A DNA stretch of 63,039 bases, filler included, from Octopus bimaculoides (lineage: Eukaryota): assembly GCF_001194135.2 (NCBI RefSeq). It is 5 parts of 5 records of this genome, joined end to end, with 100 filler letters (N's around TTAATTAATTAA, not from the genome) between each part and the next. Parts side by side here need not be neighbours in the genome. Positions count along the whole stretch, not along the records: positions 1 to 28,039 come from NC_068985.1; 4 more parts are not named here. One strand, 5' to 3'. Of this stretch, positions 1-10,843 are shown piece after piece; positions within the stretch are counted from its first letter, which is position 1, and the number at the start of each line of letters is the position of its first letter. Under the pieces are notes generated by a model that saw only the letters and a list, made by a program, of their open reading frames with translations, was not told the origin of the DNA and ran no database searches. The position numbers and the translations under genes are program-made.

Positions 1-212
1 ATATGAATTCTGTAGACGAGGTCAGAACAGTAGTGAAGGAGTATTTTTCATCACAGACAAGTGAATTTTGGAAGCGGGGCCTTGCAAGATAGATGGAAGA
101 GTATTGTAGAAAATGAAGGAGAGCATATTTTAGATTAAAAAAGAACTTTGTTTATCTTAATTTTGAAAAATAAAAGTATTAAAAAACCGCATTATTTATG
201 GGATGACTCAAT
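1..212 (+). mobile_element. mariner transposon 3' end: transposase C-terminus plus right terminal inverted repeat (TIR)
   Basis: Degenerate reading NSVDEVRTVVKEYFSSQTSEFWKRG...DRWKSIVENEGEHILD* matches the mariner C-terminal pattern. It is followed by CCGCATTATTTATGGGATGACTCAA and TA, a mariner-type TIR. Confidence 0.8.
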
Positions 213-972
213 ATATGAGAGGTATAGATAATGGTCATTACATACTTTTCTTTATTGCAGTAAAGAAATATATGTGTGTGTGTGTGCATACATATGATTG
301 GATTTGAGGGATATTTGACTGCTATTTCTGGGAGTTTCCCTAGTTACATCGTAAAAATCATTGTTGTTGTTGATGCTGTAAACTTTGTTGTTGATGTTGT
401 AATTATTGTTTATTCATACATCAGTGCCCCACTCCACGTGAGCTTTTACGATCAGACATTCCTATTGAGACAAAGACTGGAAAATATTTATTTAATTTTC
501 GGTGTTGTTGCATTTCTACCGTTCCACAGCCTCGCCATCTGCTATCTAACCTTTTATCTTTTACTTGATCCAGTCATTGAACTGCGCCCATGCTAGAGCA
601 CCTCATTATAGTGTTTTAGTCGAACAAATCTACAGTAGTAATTGTGTGTGCGTTTTTAAGACCAGCAGCCATTCTACCGGTCATATTTGCCAAACAGCTA
701 AGTTACGAGGATGTAAATNNNNNNNNNNATATATATATATATATATATATACCAGATTGGGTACAGTTCTTCGTTGAAAGCAGCGGGTATAGTGTATTGT
801 ACGCATGATCTATTAACTCATTAACTCACAGGACTGGAAGGATTCAGTTCCTTCCATGACCATCGCCGGGAATTTTTTACAAATCACATTATCTTTTTTT
901 ACTTATAAATAAATATGAGAAATTATCGATCTCGCAATACAGACTAGATACAGTTGACTCTGACGTAGTACT

Positions 973-1400
973 CTACTTTGTAGAGAGATGTAAGTGGAAA
1001 GCAAACTGAAACATTCCAATATCGCTGAACATTAAAAGCCAGATGCTACTCATATCAAGAAAATAACATTGCACCAAATCCCCATTTGGTGCAATGTTAA
1101 ACCCCAACAATCCTTCCAAATGTTGGGCCTCGTTATCAACAATGTTCTCTTCTTTTGAAAGCAAATGTTTAACATAGCTAGGACTGCATCCCAACAACTG
1201 GTTCTTCTCTTTAGGGCCAGAAAATACTTCACAGTCCCGATATTTATTGACACTCTTTAACACACAGGTCGGTTCACAATGGAGTATTGCTCTAACATCT
1301 GCGACGTTGCTGTAACCTCTGAGCCACAGGTTGTACTGTTTCCTCACTTGATCTTTTCTACCAATAATACTCGTACAATGATTTGTAGTCATCAGAGTTA
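973..1400 (-). pseudogene. possible degenerate APE-type endonuclease remnant of a non-LTR retrotransposon
   Basis: ORF 973-1392 begins LTLMTTN..SIIGRK..V and later has NVADV. This loosely resembles the L.I.T.NVRSL.GK...DV start of LINE APE domains. Similarity is weak. Confidence 0.3.
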
Positions 1401-2073
1401 ACCTAGCTCATGTCCCTTCCACTCAAGCATTTTTGTCCCACTTTTCACTCCTCCTTTCATTTCCCTGTTGTATCCATCCCTCTCCCAGAATCCGCAATTA
1501 TCACTGCACCTAGTCCTTTCTTCCCAAAACGTCAGTCATATAAGACTTACTCCCTGCTCGTGTGTCCCCTTGTAAAGGTTCAAGAGTAACATGAAGGGGA
1601 AAGCTTCGAGTATAACCCCTTCCTCTAGACCCAGCAAGAAAGAAGAAATAAGGAGGGCTTGAAATGTGTGACTTAACCCCTCCCCCAAACAAAACTAGTA
1701 AGTATACAACTATGAAAATTATGTTTTATTCCATAAATTATTCCTATGACTGATGCATATATAGTACAACAGTTGTAACCTTCAAATCTAGCGATCTTAC
1801 TGTTACGCAGTCAAGTTTCTCAAGGTTGATTTTAGTTTTTTCATCATTCTAAAAAGAGATTATCAGTGACATGTCAAGGTAGATTTTGTAGCCTGCTCCC
1901 TATATCCTTAAAAAAATCTGGCATTGTTCCTAATCAAGAGAAACCTTGTTATCAATTCAGGCGCCGCAGCTCTGTAGCATGTTCTCAGTGAATCGAATCG
2001 AGCCTACGACCTAGTTTTCTTTCCCAACTGTAACCGCTTCTTATCTTACATATATCGCTAGAGTAAAAACAAC

Positions 2074-2118
<45 letters not shown>

Positions 2119-2429
2119 ATCGAAGTTAGCATTCCGTCTTTTCATTCTCAAAAAACCTCTGGCTCAGTACCTATAAAACCAAGTATGATATGTTGCCAAG
2201 AAAAATTCGAATTCAGACCATTCATGCATGCTTCCTAATTTTTTTTTTCTTGTATTATCAAATGTCTAACTATGTGAACCAGGAAATTTGATTTACATTT
2301 CCACTCTTTGAACCCCACGACTAAAATTATATAATGCACTCTAAACAATCCACTTTGAAATAAAAAAGATTTTTAAAAAATGAAGTGAATCAAGCAAAAT
2401 TACAATATGCGTTATTTCTAATTTGATTA

Positions 2430-4082
2430 TAGCGGACAAGAGAAACATTGTTGATAATTTCTGGTCCATAACTCAACTGAATGCAGAGTTTACATTTTGG
2501 CGGAAGTCTAGTAAAGAAGCTGATACTTGTAATCAGTATTATGGTCAGGAAAGTCTAGATCTGCATGGTTCCCCACAAATCTATGCGCAACAACCTCCAC
2601 CTCAAGCAAATACTTCATAGTGAGAGTGATTAACAAACATGATCTTGGTAGGATACTGATTAGTTTGCATCGATCGAAAGCTTTCAGCACACCAGCGATA
2701 TTGATCTCGTTTTCAGAGGTTATATCGCTTCAATGTACAGAGATTCCTGCTCAGTGGTCAGTCTAAGTTGCCACCAGCGGAGCCGTTTTATATCCCCTGT
2801 TCTACTTGCCAAGGGAGTTTTCTCTTTTATGTATGTTGTGAATCAGAGCTACTACTAAAGAAAGAAGAGTTAGGACACAGAAAAACCGTATTACCATATG
2901 CAGACGAAGTCGCTATGATAGTATGGAACACGATAGAAAATGAGCCATCGATACTATTCTAAAGAGCTAAATTAACCCGGACAATTCTGTGGCCTTGCAG
3001 CTTGGCACTTGGAGAGGCAAATTCATGCACCCCAACCAGTGTCGTGGGACACTGGACCGAAGAACCAGTTAACTTCTTGAGTCTGGTTCAGTCCAGAACT
3101 GCGTATGGTTAGGAACTGAGACGGGCAGAGTGATCAGTCATACTCAGAAATGAGCTGAGATAATCATATCCTTGAAAGGTTAGGCAGAGGTGGAAAACCT
3201 GCACATTGTTTCCTTTATATATTGCTGCCTAACGATCGTGCTTTGTCCCAGTTTTCGTCTGACCAGATTCACGTGTCTACACCTTCTTGTGGATGGCACA
3301 ATAGATAATGCATCTATTGCCAACACCGAGCTTAATAGAACATGATGTTTTTGATGCGTAGGCATGAATTGAGGGTGTGGCCCCCTAGAGATTCCTGGAT
3401 GCTGGGCAGGTGCGGTCGCTTTTTGTCGGGTACATTTTCCCACGGCTCATCTCATTGATGTAGCTGCAGTCAGGGTCAAATGAAGATCAAGATTGGGAGT
3501 CTAGTATCTTACCTGCTACCAGGAACTCTATGCTCTCTACCAGTTTGGAATTGTTGTAGAACTTCCACATTTAGAATTCAACAAAGAAATAGTGATGGAA
3601 AAGAACTAAGATTGTTCTAGGTATCGAAGAGAGTCAGCTGTTTAGTCTATTCTGGAACATTTTCGACCAGAAATGTGGATGACTTCTCGAAACTTCTAGC
3701 CTAGTAGTATAACCGACAGGCTTACTTTCGAGGTAAACTCTAAAGACACAGAAATGCCATTATCCAGGCTTGTACGAGATGTGTGCAGAACGTCGGGACT
3801 GTTCTGCATCCAGTTGATCAGTGTTTGAGCTTTGCTGACATGTTTAATTTTGTCGAACATCTGTTGTCGCATGTAAGTCAGATCCGGTTTAGGGCCGAGT
3901 GAATCCTGAATATCACCCCGCTACCTTTCTTTTGCTGAGAAGGGCAGTAGGTCTCCTTTAGCTAGTGGCTATGCTGAAATAGGTTGTGTGAAGGTCGAGA
4001 CTGGAAGGACCAAAGAGAAACTCTTTTATTTTCCGTCAAGCCCTTAATAATCTCTTCGAGTTTTACTTGGAAAAGGTGAGGG
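2430..4082 (+). mobile_element. degenerate L1/Tx1-clade LINE ORF2 (reverse transcriptase to C-terminal zinc knuckle)
   Basis: Motifs in the correct order across frameshifts: NFWSITQLNAE (cf. NWRPITLLNAD), SMRNNLHL, ISLHRSKAF (cf. LDQSKAFD), EPFYI..TCQG, YADE at 2897-2908 (cf. YADD), INPDNSVALQLGTW, ISLKG.AEV, and CTRC..LH....C zinc knuckle at about 3771-3824. Confidence 0.85.
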
Positions 4083-4309
4083 NNNNNNNNNNNNNNNNNN
4101 NNNNNNNNNNNNNNNNNNNNNNNNNNNNNNNNNNNNNNNNNNNNNNNNNNNNNNNNNNNNNNNNNNNNNNNNNNNNNNNNNNNNNNNNNNNNNNNNNNNN
4201 NNNNNNNNNNNNNNNNNNNNNNNNNNNNNNNNNNNNNNNNNNNNNNNNNNNNNNNNNNNNNNNNNNNNNNNNNNNNNNNNNNNNNNGTGCCTAAGTCAAA
4301 AGCCATTAA

Positions 4310-4507
4310 ATGAGGTTAGCTGTCAGATTCGTTGGCACGTTGAACAAAATGCTTAGCGGCATTTTCAATTGAATACGTTCTTTGTTCAAACTTTAGCCTT
4401 TTATCTTTTCGGAGCCGATAAAATTAGCACCGGTTGAGCAGTGGGGTCGATGAGATAGACAAGCCATCTCTCCTAGAATTTCAGGCCTTGTGTCTTTAGT
4501 TGAAAGG
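4310..4507 (+). mobile_element. tRNA-headed SINE, family A (degenerate copy)
   Basis: Matches the family consensus GAGCTGGCAGAATCGTTAGCAC...ATGCTTAGCGG...GATAAA...GGGGTCGAT...CCTTGTG. Confidence 0.7.
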
Positions 4508-4544
4508 ATTATTATCATTATTATTATTATTATTATTATTATCA

Positions 4545-4582
<38 letters not shown>

Positions 4583-4584
<2 letters not shown>

Positions 4585-4791
4585 GGCGGCTAGCTGGCTG
4601 GATCGTTAGCACGCCGGGCATAATGCTTAGCGACATTTTATCCGTCTTCACGTTCTGAATTCAAATTCTGCCGAGGTCGTCTTTGCTTTTCATCTTTTTG
4701 AGGTCGATAAAATAAGTACCAGTTGAATACTGGAGTCGATGTAATCGATTTACCCTCCCCTTAAACTGCTGGCCTTGTGCCAAAATTTGAA
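4583..4791 (+). mobile_element. tRNA-headed SINE, family A
   Basis: AAGGCGGC head, B-box-like TTCAAATTCTGCC, GAGGTCG..TTTGC.TTTCATC body, GGCCTTGTGCCAAAATTTGAA tail. Confidence 0.85.
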
Positions 4792-4858
4792 TTCGTTATC
4801 ATTATTGTTGTCTAAGGTGGAAAGGATTATTATTATTGTTGTTGTTGCTATTACTATG

Positions 4859-5062
4859 AAGGAGGTCAGGTGGCAAAATCGTTAACAGGCCGGACTAAAT
4901 ACTCAGCAGTGTTTCGTCTGTCTTTACGTTCTGAGTTCGAATTCCGCCGAGGTCGATTTTGTCTTTCATCTTTTCGGGGTCGTTAAAATAAGTTCCCAGT
5001 TGAACACTGTAATCGACTAGCGCCCCACCACCACCAAATTTTTTGCGCTTAGAGCAGAAAGG
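4859..5062 (+). mobile_element. tRNA-headed SINE, family A
   Basis: Same head, body and tail; GTTCGAATTCCGCC B-box-like motif. Confidence 0.8.
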
Positions 5063-5064
5063 CT

Positions 5065-5095
5065 ATTATTATTACTATTATTATTATCATCATCA

Positions 5096-5146
<51 letters not shown>
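5065..5146. repeat. (ATT)n/(CAT)n microsatellite
   Basis: Seen directly. Confidence 0.95.
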
Positions 5147-5454
5147 CTTTGCTTTCCCTCTTATTTCCCATTTCTCACATTTGATTTGTATTCGCGTTTA
5201 ATGAAGGAATTTGCATTAGCAACACTCTGGGCGTTCCTTCGTTAGGTGTCGGTTTCCAGCTGAGAAATTCAAGGTTTTGCCTGGGTAACGAGTTGTATCG
5301 GTTTACATCACATTTCCATCTCCAAATCTCAAAATCTGTGGACGCCGAACCCTTATTTATCCGCCCTACAGGTAATATTATCTCACATTTATAGTTTTCA
5401 AATGCGTCGCCCTTGGGGCAAAGATGTCAAGGCAATTATTGCAGAGGAAAACAA

Positions 5455-5607
5455 GATCATCATCATCATCATCATCGTCATTATCATCATCATCATCATC
5501 ATTATCGTCGTCATCATCATCATCATCATCATCATCATTTTCCTTTCATGTACGTTTTTCCTTGCTTACGTATATGTGGTGTATTTATGTGTGTGTGTAT
5601 GTCTGTA

Positions 5608-5660
<53 letters not shown>

Positions 5661-5811
5661 GAAAGGAAAGAAAGATGAGGAAGAAAGAAAGATAGAAGAG
5701 GAAGAAAGAAAAAAGAAAGAAAATGAAAGAAAAAGGTAAGAGAAAGAGAGAGAGAGAGACAGAGAAAGAAAGAAAGAAAGAAAGAAAGAAAGGAAGAAAG
5801 GAAGGAAGGAA

Positions 5812-5845
<34 letters not shown>

Positions 5846-5950
5846 ACGAAAGAAAGAGAGAAAGAAAGAAAAAGAAAGAGAAAGAAAGATAGAAAGACAA
5901 AGAAAGATAGAAAGAGACAGAAGGATAGAACGAGAAGGAAAGAAAGAAAA
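5455..5950. repeat. compound microsatellite block: (CAT)n, (TG)n, (GA)n, (GAAA)n
   Basis: Seen directly; it accounts for the poly-H, poly-I, poly-S and K/E/R-rich ORFs here. Confidence 0.95.
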
Positions 5951-6376
5951 ATGAATGAATTTGAAAATGCACAGTGTATAAGAAAATTTATTTTTATCAA
6001 TACTCTTAACTGGTTTCACATTTGTCTGATTTTTCTAAAGATTAAGTTTTGAAGGAAGTGACGCTGCATATGTGTATNNNNNNNNNNNNNNNNNNNNNNN
6101 NNNNNNNNNNNNNNNNNNNNNNNNNNNNNNNNNNNNNNNNNNNNNNNNNNNNNNNNNNNNNNNNNNNNNNNNNNNNNNNNNNNNNNNNNNNNNNNNNNNN
6201 NNNNNNNNNNNNNNNNNNNNNNNNNNNNNNNNNNNNNNNNNNNNNNNNNNNNNNNNNNNNNNNNNNNNNNNNNNNNNNNNNNNNNNNNNNNNNNNNNNNN
6301 NNNNNNNNNNNNNNNNNNNNNNNNNNNNNNNNNNNNNNNNNNNNNNNNNNNNNNNNNNNNNNNNNNNNNNNNNNNN

Positions 6377-6445
<69 letters not shown>

Positions 6446-7789
6446 AATACTCACACACATATATGTCTAGATGTATGAATGCGTGTGTGTTTGTGTGTGT
6501 ACGTGTGTGCGCGCGCGCTCGTAAAACAAGATTTTGCCAAAATGACGCACTGGTTGCTAGTGGTGCACCACACCAGCAATCTATGAATGGAGTAGTACTT
6601 GTAAGTTCTGAAACTTTCAGTCTGTAGCTGTATAGACATCTGTAGAGCATATATACCTAAAAAGTATATATACCTAAAAATGTGTGTACGTTGACTTAAT
6701 AATCGCCGAATTTAACTTATCAGCAGAAACGTCATGTTTCTGCAAAACTATATACTATTATTTACCTCTTGCGAATTTCCAGAAAAAAAAGGGTTTGATA
6801 TGAATAAGAAAGAATGTGAGAAAGGAAACAAAAATGAAAAAAAAAAAAAAAATTCCAAAGAATTCCCTAACTTTCAAAGCGATAATTCAAAGATGATGTT
6901 CTTACTTCGGGTATAGAATTTCATTTTAAACATACCCCATACTTTCTTTTTCGTCTGATGATATTGTAGCAAGAATGACAGAGGGGGAAGATTGCCTGTG
7001 GTGTACCAGCGAACCTTCGAGAAAGTCGGCAGGAAGCTACCATAGAGATATTGTAAAAGGGTATTTACACACACGCACACACAACACACACATGCACACA
7101 CACGCACGCTCATACACACACATACGCATATATGAGCAAATAAAAACAATCAGATAAAGCTATCTTCTACAAGAATTTCACCAACATTCTCAAAGAAGAT
7201 GGAATAATACTTCATTTATGAATGCCATTTCAGATATCAGGGGGACAAAAATAGAACCTTTCACCATTCTTAAATATTTCCATTTAATATCATTGCGTTA
7301 GAATATGTTTCCTTGTGTTTGTGACACGTCTTCATCTATCAACCAGGTATAAACTTCTTTGTTTCACAGATCAAGTAACTAATTTAAGGAAAAGTATGAT
7401 AGCTTTTATATGTATACATGTGTGTTTGTATGTGGGTGCATACTTTATGTGGATGTATTTCTGACTATACACACACACACACACACACACACACAACTCT
7501 AACTCTTCGAAACGCTTAGTTTTAGAATGGTGGCAGCTAATGTTCTCTATGTGGCCTGTGTGTTTTCTGTACTCTGTTTATGTTCTGTGTTTTCATTTTG
7601 TCCACGTTTTTTTTGTGACGTCCTATACCCAGATATGCATCTGTATATACATGCAGATGTAGGTATGTACATACATGTACGTATATATGCATATACTCAC
7701 ATATTATTTGTATTATATATATACATACATATATATATATAGCCGCCATGATTGACCGCTAGCTCCAAAAGTTTTTTTTTTATCCTCTC

Positions 7790-7922
7790 TATTTCCTTGT
7801 GTTCCTTTCTGTTGAAGAGCGTAGGCTCGAAACGTAAAAGATTTTCTCACCTTCCCGAGTGTTAAACTAATACACCTGTTTGTTGTTTATACACTGGTTT
7901 TCGTCTTTTGTTTTTCTGCAAA
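7790..7922 (+). mobile_element. Penelope-like terminal repeat fragment with a hammerhead-like motif
   Basis: CTGTTGAAGAGCGTAGGCTCGAAACGTA fits the CTGANGAA-helix-GAAACGT pattern of Penelope terminal repeats. Confidence 0.5.
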
Positions 7923-7924
7923 TT

Positions 7925-8022
7925 TCAACAACCCCGGCGGCTTTTGAACTCAGAACGTAAAGTCGGAATAAATGCCGTTAGACATTTTGTTCGGCGCGTT
8001 AACGATTCTGCCAGCTCGCTGT
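7925..8022 (-). mobile_element. SINE family A, 5' part
   Basis: Reverse complement of the family A head (AACGATTCTGCCAGCTCGC; TTTGAACTCAGAACGTAAAG). Confidence 0.75.
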
Positions 8023-8807
8023 CAATGACTCTGAAATATTGCCAAATGACAAAGTGGTAGTTAGGATATTTAAATGTGCTGGACATCTTTGATTCAAGTT
8101 TCATGTGGTCAGTGATGCCGAGCCATTTTGCTCGTTCATATGTATCGAACAGCTATAGATATCCCAAGATTTTATTAAAAAAATATTTTCATTAGTGTAC
8201 TTTTGGTGTTGTTAATGATGTGAAATATGTTTACCATAATCATATGAATTGAAAATGATGGTAAAATGAATTTGAAAAATATATATTTGTTAATGATGAT
8301 TACAAATGTCGGAATAACAGGAAATTGGGGTAATTTTAAAGATTCGCATTACTGGAATGAATATTTCGTCTCGTTTTTTAATACCAGTCAATATTCTTTA
8401 TTTCGTGTATATTCAAGATTAGCCACTACACACACACACACACACACACACACAAAACATTCATACCCATACAAATATCTATAACTCAATGACGAGCCAT
8501 CTACGTATTAATATGTAAATTAAGCTATACACTACGGTAATAGCTTCATTGCTTTCTGCCAATGATCGGGTTCGCTTTGCTGGTGGTCCAAATTAGATAT
8601 GCAATCTATGTGGGCTTTTTTTTTTTTTTGAGAACATTGTCTGGTTTAAAAAGCCACATCAAATGCCATGATGGTTCTAAGGTGTAGATACAGGAGGTGG
8701 TTAACCACCATATATACACCATAAGGAGTAGACAACCACCATATATGATATACACGATTGTTACAAATTTTTAGTAAACGACCAGAAATTTAGGGGTAGT
8801 CGATTAC

Positions 8808-8960
8808 ATCGACTCAGAACACGACTGATATTTATTTTAGCGACCACGATAGGGACCAAAGACAAAGTCGACTTTGGCCGCCATTTGAACTCAGAATGGT
8901 AAAGATCCGGAAAAAAGCCACTATGCATTTTGACCGGCAATATATATACATACTTACATA
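8808..8960 (-). mobile_element. SINE family A, degenerate
   Basis: TCGATTACATCGAC, CAAAGTCGAC and ATTTGAACTCAGAA blocks in reverse orientation. Confidence 0.65.
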
Positions 8961-9042
8961 CATATATATATCGTGGTCGATAAAATAATATATATTCATG
9001 TATATATAAATATACATATAAATATATATATATATATATGTG

Positions 9043-9118
<76 letters not shown>

Positions 9119-9594
9119 ATTGTGTTTTTGTACGTGTACATGTATGCTAAGTGTACACATACACACACACACAACACGAAAGTAAGTATGTGTATATGCC
9201 CACTTGCGCATGCTTACAAGTTAGTTAATAAAGGCTAGCATTTATCTGTAATTTTGATGCGTCAGGAGTGAACGCGATTACGTGTTGGAGAGGAAAGTGG
9301 GACAATTCCTTAAAATAACAGGTGGCCGTACTCTCTTACAGTTGTCATTAGATCTGACTTTCTGTTATTAGGAAGAAATAGTCAGTCTTCAAAAACTTGA
9401 TACGACTGTCTTGGGTATGAGCGCATGATACGAGTTCTGAAGTGTAGCTTAGTTCGTTTACATGGAACCAAAATTTTTACGAAGACCCAGAAAACATTTA
9501 ATGTGTGTGCATTTTCTTCTGTAAGATTTAGTGTAAATCACCGTTTTGAAATTGAGATGTGAATGTGTTGCTGTCTTTGAGTAAGTGAGGGAAG

Positions 9595-9602
9595 GAAGGA
9601 AG

Positions 9603-9690
<88 letters not shown>

Positions 9691-9868
9691 TGTATGTATA
9701 AATGTATGTGTGAGTGCACGTGCATGTATGTATGAATGTTCGTACGTATGTATGTATGTACGTGTGTATGTATGCATGAATGTATGTGTGCGTGCATGTA
9801 TGTATGCATGTATGTACGTGTGTGCCTGTATGTATACATGTATGTATGTATGTATGTATGTATGTATG
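9595..9868. repeat. (GATA)n followed by (TATG)n microsatellites
   Basis: Seen directly. Confidence 0.95.
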
Positions 9869-10320
9869 TCATTATTCAGTTTATTTCAAGATTTCTTGCC
9901 AATAGAGAAAGAACCGGTTTCTAACCTACATCCAAGTCTCCTTCATTGGAATTTCAACATCAACAATAGGGAATTTTTGTATGTATGTATGTATGTATGT
10001 ATGTATGTATGTATGTATGTATGTGCAGATTTGTATGTTTTATGTATGTATTCTCATGCATATAGTTGCATATATAGACATGCTCATATATATTTAAATG
10101 ATAAACTTCTGGAAAGTTTTACAGATTTTTACAGTTCCAATGATGGATTGAATGTGTAGTCTTCGAATTAGCTTTCTCCTTTCTGGTTTTGAGAAGCCAA
10201 ATTTCTCAAGATTGGTATTTAGGCTGTGTGTTACATATCCCAGGGCCCCAATAATTACAGGTATAAATCTGAATTGTAATCTGGATAGTTCAGCATAGGT
10301 GTTCTCTTTTTCACTGATCT
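9869..10320 (-). mobile_element. 5'-truncated R4/Dong-type non-LTR retrotransposon (end of ORF plus 3' UTR)
   Basis: Reverse complement aligns by eye to 53296-53748 (AGATCAGTGAAAAA..., TATCCAGATTACAA, GTAATTATTGGGGCCCTGGGATA, CTTGAAATAAACTGAATAATGA). Both flanks are (TATG)n. Confidence 0.85.
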
Positions 10321-10503
10321 GTATGTATGTATGTATGTGTATATGTAAGTATGTATGTATAATGTAATGTACGTATGTATGTATGTATGTATGTATGTAT
10401 GTATGTATGTATGTATGTGTGTGTTTGTAATGTATGTATGTGTATATGTATGTATGTATGTATATATGTATGTATATGTGTGTGTTTGCAATGTATGTAT
10501 GTG

Positions 10504-10535
<32 letters not shown>

Positions 10536-10590
10536 TGTATGTATGTATGTATGTGTGTAATGTATGTATGTGTATCTGTATGTATTTATG
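10321..10590. repeat. (TATG)n-rich microsatellite
   Basis: Seen directly. Confidence 0.95.
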
Positions 10591-10781
10591 TATCTGAATG
10601 ACACTAGAATTTATTTATAGCGTTCCTATGAAGAAGGAAGTTAAAGCAGATACAAAGTCGCCTGTAGACCATTGTAAAATGTTGGTTGGTTCTAGAAATT
10701 GTTCATGCACCCGGACATCTGTAAATGCGTCTGCACACAGACACACAGATCCAAGCACAAACACGTGCACACACACACACA

Positions 10782-10843
<62 letters not shown>

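Noticed and set aside
276-596. 106-aa hydrophobic ORF
   Set aside because: It is built on (GTT)n-rich sequence and a SINE tail, has no ATG start and shows no recognisable homology.
5402-6052. Poly-His, poly-Ile, poly-Ser and K/E/R-rich ORFs
   Set aside because: They are translations of (CAT)n and (GAAA)n microsatellites and are open in several frames and on both strands.
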